This document shows positions 54,226 to 63,252 of a stretch of 64,000 nt of DNA, one piece after another. The stretch is taken from the IMG/VR virus record IMGVR_UViG_2882284595_000003, positions 1 to 64,000 of that record; one strand, 5' to 3'. A program made the translations under genes and the position numbers. The notes beneath the pieces were generated by a model. That model did not search any database, was not told the DNA's origin, and saw only the letters and a list, made by a program, of their open reading frames with translations. Within the stretch, counting starts at the first letter, position 1, and each line of letters begins with the position of its first letter. Source of the stretch: a virus. Its lineage: Duplodnaviria; Caudoviricetes.

Positions 54226-54473
54226 GGCCCGCCATGACTAAGTCACTACTTACTGATTCACACGAACCCGGCGCCATCCAAACCAGCATCGACGCGCTGT
54301 TTCTGCCTGAATCCCTGACCTCGCTACGCGCTCAGTCGGCTTTACGGCAGAGGCTAGAGCTAACTGCCGCGCAACACGAAGAGGCGGAACGCCTGTCTCC
54401 GTACCTGGGCATCAGCGTGCAGCAGGTTTACCGCAGACTGCGCTCCGGCGAGCTGTCCTTAACCTCCAAGTAA
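54222..54473 (+). CDS. Hypothetical protein with possible HTH
   Basis: GTGA overlap; LGISVQQVYRRL. Confidence 0.55.
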   Translation: MRPAMTKSLLTDSHEPGAIQTSIDALFLPESLTSLRAQSALRQRLELTAAQHEEAERLSPYLGISVQQVYRRLRSGELSLTSK

Positions 54474-54700
54474 CGGCCACTGATCATGTCTGCCCACGCA
54501 TCCACTTCACTCATTACCGCAGCGATCTCGTCAGGGTCCGCAACGCTGGCCTTGGGCGCGGAGATGAATTGTTCCAGCTTATCGACCAGCGAGCGCGGGT
54601 CCAATTGGCCCGCCCGGATGGCGGCATCCAGCAGCGCCTCAATCATCAGGTTCTGCGCGGTGATTTGCGCTTGCAGCCGGGTTTCCAGGTCCATCGTCAT
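54428..54700 (-). CDS. Hypothetical protein antisense to the early operon
   Basis: AAAGGA RBS; 90 aa helical. Confidence 0.55.
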   Translation of the reverse strand: MTMDLETRLQAQITAQNLMIEALLDAAIRAGQLDPRSLVDKLEQFISAPKASVADPDEIAAVMSEVDAWADMISGRYLEVKDSSPERSLR

Positions 54701-54811
54701 GGTTTGCTTCCTTTCGTGGATTATCCGCTGTTCATGCTATGCGGCGCAAACCCGTTGCACCAGTTGCAAAACGCCATTTTGTTTGGAATGTCGGCCCTGG
54801 AGGGCATTCCA

Positions 54812-55285
54812 ATGAGCCGCCGAAACTGGAAGCGCCTGCAGCCCAGCTCGCTGCGCCACGCGCTGGAGCTGTGCAAGGACTACGCCAAGGAAAAGCACAA
54901 CCTGTCGGTGGAGCGGATCGCCGAACGGATGGGCCTGGCCGACCACTGGACGCTTTACAAGTGGATTCAAAACGGCCGCATGCCGATCTGCCTGGTTCGC
55001 GCCTATGAGGCCGTATGCGGCATCAACTACGCCACCCGCTGGCTGGCTGCCAGCGGCGGCTACCTGCTGATCGACATGCCCACCGGCCGCAATGCCTCGG
55101 CCGAGGACATCCAAGTACTTCAGCAGACCCTGAATGATGCGGTCGGCCTGCTGTTGCAGTTTCATGCCGGCAAAGGCCAGGAGGCCGACACGCTGGCCGC
55201 GCTGCAGCAGGGACTGGAGGGCTTGGCCTGGCACCACCGCAACGTCAAACGGCACCTGCAGCCGGAACTGGAGCTGAACCCATGA
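54812..55285 (+). CDS. CII-like phage regulatory protein
   Basis: SVERIAERMG...LYKW...GRMP. Confidence 0.75.
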   Translation: MSRRNWKRLQPSSLRHALELCKDYAKEKHNLSVERIAERMGLADHWTLYKWIQNGRMPICLVRAYEAVCGINYATRWLAASGGYLLIDMPTGRNASAEDIQVLQQTLNDAVGLLLQFHAGKGQEADTLAALQQGLEGLAWHHRNVKRHLQPELELNP

Positions 55286-55584
55286 GCGCGCAAACCAATA
55301 AAAGCTCCGAGAAGGTGCTGGACGTGCTGACGGTGCTGCTAAGCCATTTTGCCCACGGCCTGACACCGGGTGAGCTGGCCAAGGCCACCGACCTGTCGCC
55401 GTCCAGCATCACCCGCTACGTGGCCACGCTGGAAGAAGCGGGCTTCGCGGAACGCATCCCCGAAACCGGTCGCATCCGTCCCTCGGTCCGGCTGGCCCAG
55501 CACGCGGTGGCGATCCTGCGCAGCCTGGAAGCCGCCCGCAGCCGGCTGGATGAACTAACCACCAGCATCACGCTTGAACGATAA
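55282..55584 (+). CDS. IclR-type HTH protein
   Basis: KVLDVL..L...GLT..ELAKA..LSPS.ITR...TL. Confidence 0.85.
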   Translation: MSAQTNKSSEKVLDVLTVLLSHFAHGLTPGELAKATDLSPSSITRYVATLEEAGFAERIPETGRIRPSVRLAQHAVAILRSLEAARSRLDELTTSITLER

Positions 55585-55598
55585 GAGGAGTTCCCCGC

Positions 55599-56591
55599 AT
55601 GGCACGCACCAAAACCACAGAAACCCCCGCAATCGCCCCAGCCGTTGAGCTGCGCCAGGACGTAGTGGACGCCGCGAACGTGATGGCCATCGCTCAAGCG
55701 AGCTATGGCGAAGAGCGCGACCTCGTCAATCAGCTGCTTGGCCAGGCTCAAATGGCCGAGGCATTTGGCAAGTTTTCCCAAACGGTTTGGAGTTCCAAAC
55801 TGGCCTACGTCAAGGAAAACAAGCTGTACCGGGCATTGGCAGGCAAGAAAAGTCCAAACGGTTTGGAGTTGCAAGGCACATGGCAAGAGTTCTGCGGCCT
55901 GCTTGGCGTTTCGGATGAAAAGGCGAATCAGGACATCGCCAACCTTCGAACCTTCGGCGAGGAAGCCCTGGAAAGTATGTCCCGCATGGGCATCGGCTAC
56001 CGGGAGCTGCGCCAGTTCCGAAAGTTGCCGGAAGACCAAAAAACTGCGCTGATCGAAGTGGCCAAGGCCGGCGATAAGGAGTCGTTCGTGGAGCTGGCCG
56101 AGGAGATCATTGCCAAGCACACCAAGGAAAAAGAGGCGCTGGCGCAGCGTGTGGAAGAGGCCGAGGCGAACCTGGAGGCGCGGTCGCGAGTGCTGCAGGA
56201 CAAGAGCAGCAAGATAGACCAGCTGACCGAGGAAGTGGCCAAACTCTCCAACCCCTTGAAGACGCTCCCCTGGGACAAGCGCGTGGCGCCGTTCCAGCAG
56301 GAAATCACCCAGCGGCAATCGGTGCTGGATGCCGCCATCGCCAAGCACCTGGAAGCGGTGCAGGCGCTGGATGCCTGGCTGACCTCTGAAATCACCCAGG
56401 CCCCCGACTATGACCCGGAAATGCCGGCGCCGCTGCCGCCTGAGGTGCGCGCGGTGCTGCTGCACCTGGACGACGCCGTTACCCGCACCGCCATGCTGGC
56501 GGCAGAGCTGCGCGACGAGCTGGGCCGCCGCTTCGCCGCGGACATTGAGGACGCCCGCCGGAATGTCCTGACCGAAGGCAGCGAGGCGTAA
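55599..56591 (+). CDS. DUF3102-like protein preceding the transposase
   Basis: GTWQEFC..LG; coiled coil; synteny. Confidence 0.65.
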   Translation: MARTKTTETPAIAPAVELRQDVVDAANVMAIAQASYGEERDLVNQLLGQAQMAEAFGKFSQTVWSSKLAYVKENKLYRALAGKKSPNGLELQGTWQEFCGLLGVSDEKANQDIANLRTFGEEALESMSRMGIGYRELRQFRKLPEDQKTALIEVAKAGDKESFVELAEEIIAKHTKEKEALAQRVEEAEANLEARSRVLQDKSSKIDQLTEEVAKLSNPLKTLPWDKRVAPFQQEITQRQSVLDAAIAKHLEAVQALDAWLTSEITQAPDYDPEMPAPLPPEVRAVLLHLDDAVTRTAMLAAELRDELGRRFAADIEDARRNVLTEGSEA

Positions 56592-56602
56592 GGGAGACGG
56601 CC

Positions 56603-58390
56603 ATGTCCATGACACCGGAAATACGCGAGGTATTGCGCGGCCTGGCAGGCAAGCTGGACGCGGCGCGGCACGGCGAGCAAACCGCGCTGGTGCAAGAGGC
56701 GGCGGTATTCCTGGGCTGGTCGCCGCAGACGGTTTACCGCCAGTTAAAGCAGGCTGTGGGCTGGCAGTCCGGCCGCAAGCCGCGCGCTGACAAAGGCAGC
56801 ACCGTGGTGGCAGAGGACGCCCTGGTGATGCTGGGCGCGGTGCAGCGCGAGGCCATCCGCGACAACGGCAAGCAGACGCTGTTCACCACCACCGCGCGCG
56901 GGATGCTGGAGCAGAACGGCATTGAGCTGAAAGTGAGCAACAGCCAACTGAACCGCCTGATCCGCGACCGCAAGCTGAACGTGGCCGCCCAGCGCTGCGC
57001 GGACCCGGTGCAGGCGCTGCGCGCGCCACATCCCAACCACACCCACGAAATCGACCCGTCGCTGTGCCTGGTGTACTACCTGAAGGGGCGTCAGCACATC
57101 ATGCGGGACCGCGATTTCTACAAGAACAAGCTGGAAAACTTCGCCAAGGTGAAGTTCAAGGTGTGGCGCTATGTGCTGTACGACAAGGCCAGCGGCGTGA
57201 TCGTGCCCTGGTACTGCGAATCGGCCGGCGAGAACCAGCACAAGTTGTTCGAGTTCCTGATGTTCGCCTGGGGCGAGCAGCCGGGCCGGCTGTTCCAGGG
57301 TCTGCCGCGCTTCCTGTTGTGGGACAAGGGCAGCGCCAACACCTCGGCCGCCATCAAGAACCTGTGCCGTGCCCTGGGCGTGGAGACGCTGGAACACCAG
57401 GCCGGCCAAGCCCGCGTCAAGGGCGGCGTGGAAGGCGCCAACAACATCGTCGAAACCCAGTTCGAGAGCCGGCTGCGCTTTGAGCCGGTGGAAAGCATCG
57501 AGCAGCTGAACCGGGCCGCCTTCGCCTGGAGCCGGGCCTGGAATGCCAACCTGATTCCCGGCCAGGACAGCCGGCTGCGTCGCACCGGCTTGGCCGACGC
57601 CATTGCGCGCATCGACCTGTGGCAGTTGATCCAGCCGCAACAGCTGCTGTTGCTGCCCCCGGTGGAGGTGTGCAAAGCGTTCATGACGGCCAAGGAGGAG
57701 ACCCGCAAGGTTCGCCCTGACCTGACCATTTCGTTCAAGCATCCGCAGGCCGAACGCACCGCAGCCTACAGCCTGCGCGGCTTGGACGGGGTCAACGTGG
57801 GCGACGAGGTGCGCGTCAACGCCATGGTGTTCGGCGACTGCGCCATTCAGGTAACGGTGTCGGTCTACAACGGCGCCGACCGCGTCTACCAGGTGGAGCC
57901 GGAGCGCGGTTACGACGCCTATGGCCAGCTGCTGTCGGCCCCGGTGATCGGCGAAGCGTACCAGTCGATGCCGCAGACTGCGATAGAGCATGCCGCCAGC
58001 GCCATGGATGGCCAGGCCTACCCAGGCATGAGCGCCGAGGAGGTCAAGGCCGCGCGAGCCAAGAAGGCGACACCGTTCGACGGCGCGCTGAACACCCACA
58101 GCTATCTGCAGGACATCGAGTTGCCGGCCTATCTGCCGCGCCGCGGCACCGAGCACGCGCTGGCCGCGCCGGCTATCGAATACCCGCCGCTAACCCTGAT
58201 TGAAGCCGCCAAGCAGCTAAAGCAGCGCGTCACCGCGGCCGGCGGCGAATGGACGCAAGACCGTTTCCAATGGCTGGCCCAGCGCTATACGGCCGGCGTA
58301 CCCGAAGACCAGCTCGCCGCCATTGTGGCCGAGCTGACCAGCCCGGCAGCGGGCACCAAGACGCCGCTTCGCGTGGTGAAGTCGGCATAG
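56603..58390 (+). CDS. DDE transposase
   Basis: HPNH..EIDPS, WDKGSAN, KGGVE catalytic motifs; N-terminal HTH. Confidence 0.93.
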   Translation: MSMTPEIREVLRGLAGKLDAARHGEQTALVQEAAVFLGWSPQTVYRQLKQAVGWQSGRKPRADKGSTVVAEDALVMLGAVQREAIRDNGKQTLFTTTARGMLEQNGIELKVSNSQLNRLIRDRKLNVAAQRCADPVQALRAPHPNHTHEIDPSLCLVYYLKGRQHIMRDRDFYKNKLENFAKVKFKVWRYVLYDKASGVIVPWYCESAGENQHKLFEFLMFAWGEQPGRLFQGLPRFLLWDKGSANTSAAIKNLCRALGVETLEHQAGQARVKGGVEGANNIVETQFESRLRFEPVESIEQLNRAAFAWSRAWNANLIPGQDSRLRRTGLADAIARIDLWQLIQPQQLLLLPPVEVCKAFMTAKEETRKVRPDLTISFKHPQAERTAAYSLRGLDGVNVGDEVRVNAMVFGDCAIQVTVSVYNGADRVYQVEPERGYDAYGQLLSAPVIGEAYQSMPQTAIEHAASAMDGQAYPGMSAEEVKAARAKKATPFDGALNTHSYLQDIELPAYLPRRGTEHALAAPAIEYPPLTLIEAAKQLKQRVTAAGGEWTQDRFQWLAQRYTAGVPEDQLAAIVAELTSPAAGTKTPLRVVKSA

Positions 58391-58401
58391 AGGAGCAAGT
58401 C

Positions 58402-59598
58402 ATGTTGAAGCTGAAGAGCGTGCTGCAAAAGGTGGGCCGTAAGCAGGCTGACCTGGCTGAGCACTTGAATGTCTCCCAGGCCACCGTGGCCCAGATCGTC
58501 AATCACGGCGAGTGGCCCAAGAGCCTGGATGAAGTTGACCTGCAGAAGAGCATCCGCCGCTATCTGCAGGCGCATGGCGCCAGCGATGGGGACATCGAAG
58601 GCGTATTTGAAGAGGTGAGCGAGCCGCGCGCCAACGCGGCCCGCTCGGTCTCCCAGACGAAAACCGACCAGGAATCCAACCAGGAGGAAACCATGTTACT
58701 ACGCAAACAGACTTTGCTGCCCGCCACTCGCAAACATTTCAGCCTGTTCCGCGACCCGTTTGCAGATGACGCCATTCAGTCCAACGAGGACATGTTCATC
58801 AGCCCGGACATCCGCTACGTGCGGGAAGCCATGTTGCAGACGGCCAAGCACGGCGGCCTGCTGGCGGTGGTGGCGGAGTCCGGCGCCGGCAAGACCACGC
58901 TGCTGCGCGATCTGGAGGACCGCATTCAGCGCGAGGCCCAGCCGATCCAGATCATCAAGCCCTACGTGTTGGCGATGGAGGACAACGACAAGCAAGGCAA
59001 AACGCTCAAGTCGACACACCTCGCCGAGGCCATCATGGCCGCCGTGGCCCCGCTGGAGAAGCCCAAGAGCAGCCCCGAGGCCCGCTTTGCCCAACTGCAC
59101 AAGGCCCTGCGCGGAAGCCATGCCGCAGGGTACCGCCACTGCCTGGTGATTGATGAGGCGCATTCCCTACCCATCGCGACTCTCAAGCATTTGAAGCGCT
59201 TCTTCGAGCTGGAGCAGGGTTTCAAGAAGCTGCTGTCCATCATCTTGATTGGCCAGCCGGAACTGAAGCTGAAACTGTCCGAGCGCGACGCGGCAGTGCG
59301 CGAGGTGGTGCAGCGCTGCGAGATGGTGGAGCTGGCGCCGCTGGAAGGCGCACGCCTGGAGGAGTACCTGAAGTTCAAGCTGGAGCGGCTGAACAAGCCG
59401 GTGGCGGAAGTGATCGACGAAGGCGGCATCAACGCGCTACGCGCCAGGCTGACCATCAACACCAAGCGGCTGGACCGGCCGGAATCCGTATCCCTGTTGT
59501 ACCCGCTGGCTATCGGCAATTTGCTGACCGCGTGCATGAACCTGGCCGCCGAGATCGGCGCCCCGTTGGTGACTGCCGACGTAGTGCGGGAGGTGTGA
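58402..59598 (+). CDS. HTH + ExeA-like AAA ATPase (transposition B protein)
   Basis: ESGAGKTT, LVIDEAH, LIGQPEL. Confidence 0.93.
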   Translation: MLKLKSVLQKVGRKQADLAEHLNVSQATVAQIVNHGEWPKSLDEVDLQKSIRRYLQAHGASDGDIEGVFEEVSEPRANAARSVSQTKTDQESNQEETMLLRKQTLLPATRKHFSLFRDPFADDAIQSNEDMFISPDIRYVREAMLQTAKHGGLLAVVAESGAGKTTLLRDLEDRIQREAQPIQIIKPYVLAMEDNDKQGKTLKSTHLAEAIMAAVAPLEKPKSSPEARFAQLHKALRGSHAAGYRHCLVIDEAHSLPIATLKHLKRFFELEQGFKKLLSIILIGQPELKLKLSERDAAVREVVQRCEMVELAPLEGARLEEYLKFKLERLNKPVAEVIDEGGINALRARLTINTKRLDRPESVSLLYPLAIGNLLTACMNLAAEIGAPLVTADVVREV

Positions 59599-59599
59599 G

Positions 59600-59905
59600 A
59601 TGCAAACCGCCCCGATTCAGGCCAGGCGCCCGCCGTTCAATGCCCAGATGATGGCCGGCGCGCTGAAGGTTGCCTCTGCCATAGAGGCGCTGACCCAGAA
59701 CAATTTCACGGTGGTGTCGGTGGAGCTGAACACCCCGACCCGGCCGACCATCAATATCCAGACCTGCGGCAACTGCCGCCGGATGATTGAAAACGGCGAG
59801 GCCGTGTACTTCAGCTTTGGCCGGGATACCTACTTTGGCCCGTACCGCCAGGGGCAGTTTGAGCTGGGCGGATGCCGGATTGTTTGGACGGAGATGGGGA
59901 ACTGA
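59600..59905 (+). CDS. Hypothetical early protein
   Basis: GGAGG RBS; GCRIVW ending. Confidence 0.75.
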   Translation: MQTAPIQARRPPFNAQMMAGALKVASAIEALTQNNFTVVSVELNTPTRPTINIQTCGNCRRMIENGEAVYFSFGRDTYFGPYRQGQFELGGCRIVWTEMGN

Positions 59906-59935
59906 CCCCGTTACTCAAAATTCAAGGAGCCAGTC

Positions 59936-60268
59936 ATGAACCTGAATCGCGAAGTGGCCTCGTTGCAACGCATCGCGCAATACACCTCTGCAAACATCAC
60001 CCGCGCCTCGGCAGCCGGCCGCAGCTTCATCGAAATCACCCGCGCCAGCCCGGCCGCTCTGGAGCTGGTGGCGGATATCTACTCGGTGCGGTTCGAGCGC
60101 GAGGAGCGGATCGATACCAGCGTGCCGTTTGATACGGCGGCATGGGAGCAGGAAATGCTGGTGATGTCCGCCCCGGCCAATCGCCCGGCGTGGCGCCAGC
60201 TGTACCGAATGGCGCGGCAGATGATCAACGGCAAGCGCCAGCTGTTGCAGGCCGAGGCTGCATGCTGA
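59936..60268 (+). CDS. Hypothetical early protein
   Basis: AAGGAG RBS; operon packing. Confidence 0.7.
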   Translation: MNLNREVASLQRIAQYTSANITRASAAGRSFIEITRASPAALELVADIYSVRFEREERIDTSVPFDTAAWEQEMLVMSAPANRPAWRQLYRMARQMINGKRQLLQAEAAC

Positions 60269-60636
60269 AGCCAGCCGCGCCCGAGCTGGACGCTGCTACC
60301 AAGCAGCGTCTGGCCGAGGAGGTGGAGCGACTGGTGGCGATGGGCACCGACCGCAAGCAGGCCAGGCAGATCGTCTGGCTGGACTACCAGGACGAGCTGC
60401 AGCAGTGCCAGGTGGCTGCCCAGGCGGAAGTATCCGCCCCGGCCGAGATGGAGACAGAGGGGCCGGCCGCTCACGCGGAGGAGATGCCCGGCCCCGAACC
60501 GCCGCCGCCGACATTGTCGCCCAGACGATTTTGGCGGGCTGCGGACGAGGTGCCGCTGACGCCGGAATGGCTGGAAAGAAACCGGGCCGAGTTGGCCAAG
60601 GTGAAACGATTGGTAGGACTGAGGAGTGAGGAATGA
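60262..60636 (+). CDS. Hypothetical early protein
   Basis: GAGG RBS; overlaps both neighbours. Confidence 0.65.
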   Translation: MLKPAAPELDAATKQRLAEEVERLVAMGTDRKQARQIVWLDYQDELQQCQVAAQAEVSAPAEMETEGPAAHAEEMPGPEPPPPTLSPRRFWRAADEVPLTPEWLERNRAELAKVKRLVGLRSEE

Positions 60637-61244
60637 ACGCTATCCCCGAAGGGTACAAGCAGGACGGCAAGGGCCGGCTGGTGCCGATCAGCATCATCAA
60701 GCCGATAGACATCGCCCGCGACGAGTTTGTCGCCGAGGCGCTGCAGAAAGCCGTGGCCATGCAAGACCAACTGGCCCAATTCAAGGCTGGCTTGTTCGCC
60801 GACATTGAGGCGTTTGTCAGCCTGTCGGCCGAACGCTACCAGGCCGATGTCGGCGGGCAAAAGGGCAATGTCACCCTGACCAGCTTTGACGGCAATACTC
60901 GCGTACTGCGGGCCATCGCCGACACGCTGACATTTGATGAAGGCCTGCAGGCGGCCAAGGCGCTGATTGATGAATGCGTCCACGAATGGACCGAGGACGC
61001 ACGGCCGGAGGTGAAGGCGCTGATTGCCGACGCCTTTCAGACCGACAAGGCCGGCAACATCTCGACTGGCCGAGTGCTGGGCTTGCGACGGCTCGACATC
61101 CAGGACGAGAAGTGGCAGCGCGCGATGCGGGCGCTATCCGAATCGGTTCGGGTGCAGTGCTCCAAGGCCTATGTCCGCATCGAACGGCGCAGCGAAGGCA
61201 CTGGCAAGTTCGAAGCGGTACGGCTGGATTTGGCGGGGGTGTGA
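60633..61244 (+). CDS. DUF3164-family protein
   Basis: D.KGRLVP...GG.KGNVTL.SFDG...L.AAK.LIDEC. Confidence 0.9.
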   Translation: MNAIPEGYKQDGKGRLVPISIIKPIDIARDEFVAEALQKAVAMQDQLAQFKAGLFADIEAFVSLSAERYQADVGGQKGNVTLTSFDGNTRVLRAIADTLTFDEGLQAAKALIDECVHEWTEDARPEVKALIADAFQTDKAGNISTGRVLGLRRLDIQDEKWQRAMRALSESVRVQCSKAYVRIERRSEGTGKFEAVRLDLAGV

Positions 61245-61245
61245 G

Positions 61246-61506
61246 ATGCAGACAGATGATCAAGAGTTCATTGGTTTTGTGGAGCAATTGCAGGAATGGC
61301 ATGCGGGCCAAGTCGCTCAGCTGCGGCTCATTACCGAGAACCGCACAGTAGACCTCAGGCTGAACGATTTGGAAGTCTCGGCTGGTAGTGACATAGCCAA
61401 GGGGCTTCGTCTAGGCATTGAGATCGCTCTGCAGAAGCTGGGAACGCTGCCATTTACCGTCAGAGAAGAAGAGATCGAGGAGGATTCGGATGGGCAAGCT
61501 GATTAA
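61246..61506 (+). CDS. Hypothetical early protein
   Basis: WH...V.QL...G.LPF; operon packing. Confidence 0.7.
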   Translation: MQTDDQEFIGFVEQLQEWHAGQVAQLRLITENRTVDLRLNDLEVSAGSDIAKGLRLGIEIALQKLGTLPFTVREEEIEEDSDGQAD

Positions 61507-61711
61507 CCCGTTTGAGTGGGACAAAACCACGCTGCGAGATGTGTTTGAAGAAGCTGAAGCCACGGTTAACAACCAGTTCGACATCGTGGAAATGGAGCTG
61601 GCAGATGGTCGTTCAGTCGTGATGGCCCTTATCGCAGGAACGAGTGCGCAGCCAATCGCCCAGATATTGCGGGAGGCCAAAGAGACCGCAAGCGATGTGC
61701 GAGCGGATTAA
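61490..61711 (+). CDS. Hypothetical early protein
   Basis: GGAGG RBS; 73 aa. Confidence 0.6.
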   Translation: MGKLINPFEWDKTTLRDVFEEAEATVNNQFDIVEMELADGRSVVMALIAGTSAQPIAQILREAKETASDVRAD

Positions 61712-61757
61712 ACACTACGCCGCTTTGACAATTTCTTTTACCCGCAAGGAGCAAACC

Positions 61758-62030
61758 ATGACCAAGCAAGACCTGATCAAACACCTGGCCGCCCACGCGG
61801 ATGTCACCAACAAGCAAGCCGAATCCGTTCTCAATGCGCTAACCACCGCGGTGCTGGATACCGTGAGGGCGGGTGGCGAGCTGACGATCTCTGACCTCGG
61901 CAAGTTTGGTACCACCCAGCGCGCAGCTAAGACCGGCCGCAATCCAAAAACCGGCGAAGCCATCCAGATCGCCGCCAAGCGCGCGCCCAAGTTCTCCCCG
62001 GCCAAGGCGCTGAAGGACGCCGCCGCATAA
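61758..62030 (+). CDS. HU-family DNA-binding protein
   Basis: MTKQDLI...G.F....RAA..GRNPKTGE.I.I.A...PKF...K.LKDA. Confidence 0.95.
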   Translation: MTKQDLIKHLAAHADVTNKQAESVLNALTTAVLDTVRAGGELTISDLGKFGTTQRAAKTGRNPKTGEAIQIAAKRAPKFSPAKALKDAAA

Positions 62031-62104
62031 AGCGAAACCGCGCACATAGAAATATGTGTGCGGTCTGCCCGGCGTGGTTGCCGGGTACTGATGAGCAGCC
62101 AACG

Positions 62105-62707
62105 ATGAACGCAAAGACTCAAGACCGACAGCGATTGATCCGCCTGATCCACGTAGCCAAGCGTGATCTGGCCCTGGATGACGACAGCTACCGAGCCATT
62201 CTCCAGCGGATTGGAAAGAAGGCATCCGCGGCTGACCTGGCCGTTCCAGAGCTAAACCAGGTGTTGGAATACCTGAAGCGCAGCGGATTCAAGGTGCGTT
62301 CCAAAGCGCAGCCCGCCACTCAGTCGCGTCCGCTGGCTCAGGACGAGCAGCACAAGAAGATACGCGCGCTGTGGTTGTTTCTGCATCAGATCGGCGTGGT
62401 CAAGAACCCCGCCGAGAGCGCGCTGGCCGCGTATGTAAAGCGGATTACCGGGCGCGATGCTATGCAGTGGCTGGCCGGAGATCAACTGGAGCAGGTGATC
62501 GAATCATTGAAGAAGTGGGCGATGCGTTCGCTGCCCGATTTGGTACAGAAGCTGGCGGCCGAGGTGCAACACCTTCCGCTGACAGCTACGCAGCGCAACG
62601 AGCTAAACCAGCGGATGGCTACGGCCATGGCGCGCAAGACGTTCGAGCCAATGTTGAGCGCCTGGGAAGGTCTGACCGCCACCCTCAAGGCGAAGGAGAA
62701 AGCATGA
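62105..62707 (+). CDS. gemA: GemA/gp16-family protein
   Basis: LIHVAK..L.LDDD.YR..L...KIRALW. Confidence 0.9.
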   Translation: MNAKTQDRQRLIRLIHVAKRDLALDDDSYRAILQRIGKKASAADLAVPELNQVLEYLKRSGFKVRSKAQPATQSRPLAQDEQHKKIRALWLFLHQIGVVKNPAESALAAYVKRITGRDAMQWLAGDQLEQVIESLKKWAMRSLPDLVQKLAAEVQHLPLTATQRNELNQRMATAMARKTFEPMLSAWEGLTATLKAKEKA

Positions 62708-63057
62708 AGCCCATCCATACCCGCAGCAAAGGCCCGGAGCTGCTGTCCGATCTGGCCGACCACATCGCCGAGGCTCTGCAGGAGCTGGCCAGCATTGAAC
62801 GGGAAATCGGTGAGCAACTGGGCAGCGAGATCGCCAATCGAATGGCGGCGCACTGGGGCGGACAGAACATCTACTTTCCGATGGGGCTGTCGGTCAGGTT
62901 GTCGAAGCGGGACCGGAAGATATTCGAGGAGTTCACCGGAGACAACCACGGCGACCTGGCACGCAAATACGGTGTCAGCCTGCAGTGGATTTACAAGATC
63001 GTGAAGGCCGTCCGGCGCGAGGAAATAGAGAGCCGCCAGGGCGACATGTTCGGCTGA
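62704..63057 (+). CDS. mor: Mor/C transcription activator
   Basis: WGGQ.IYFP...RD..I..EF.G.N...LARKY.VS.QWIY.I. Confidence 0.93.
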   Translation: MKPIHTRSKGPELLSDLADHIAEALQELASIEREIGEQLGSEIANRMAAHWGGQNIYFPMGLSVRLSKRDRKIFEEFTGDNHGDLARKYGVSLQWIYKIVKAVRREEIESRQGDMFG

Positions 63058-63197
63058 AAGTGGTGGGCCGACCGGCTCACCACCCTTTGCAATACGTGAA
63101 ATAGATTTCCAAACTGCCATCCATCATCTTCCCGTATCATCCCAGCTGGTCCCGATTATCACGTTACTATCTGGTGGGTTTATCCCTCACCCCTTCA

Positions 63198-63203
63198 GTC
63201 GGC
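63198..63203 (+). repeat. Right copy of target-site duplication GTCGGC
   Basis: CTTCA|GTCGGC. Confidence 0.9.
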
Positions 63204-63252
63204 GCAATGCCTGGCGTCCACCCCCTGCCGTCAGTCGCGCGGGGTCGCTCGG

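Larger units (their letters stand above)
23936..63197. mobile_element. Transposable (B3/BcepMu-like) prophage, apparently complete, 39,262 bp
   Basis: TGAAG/CTTCA ends, 6-bp TSD, DDE transposase + AAA ATPase, Mor, GemA, DUF935 portal, contractile tail; divergent arms around an internal repressor. Confidence 0.95.

Noticed and set aside
60633-61244. Mu Gam nuclease inhibitor
   Set aside because: Motifs fit DUF3164; no clear gam seen
62038-62065. Hairpin after the HU gene as an ncRNA
   Set aside because: Single stem-loop, adequately explained as a terminator or mRNA stabiliser
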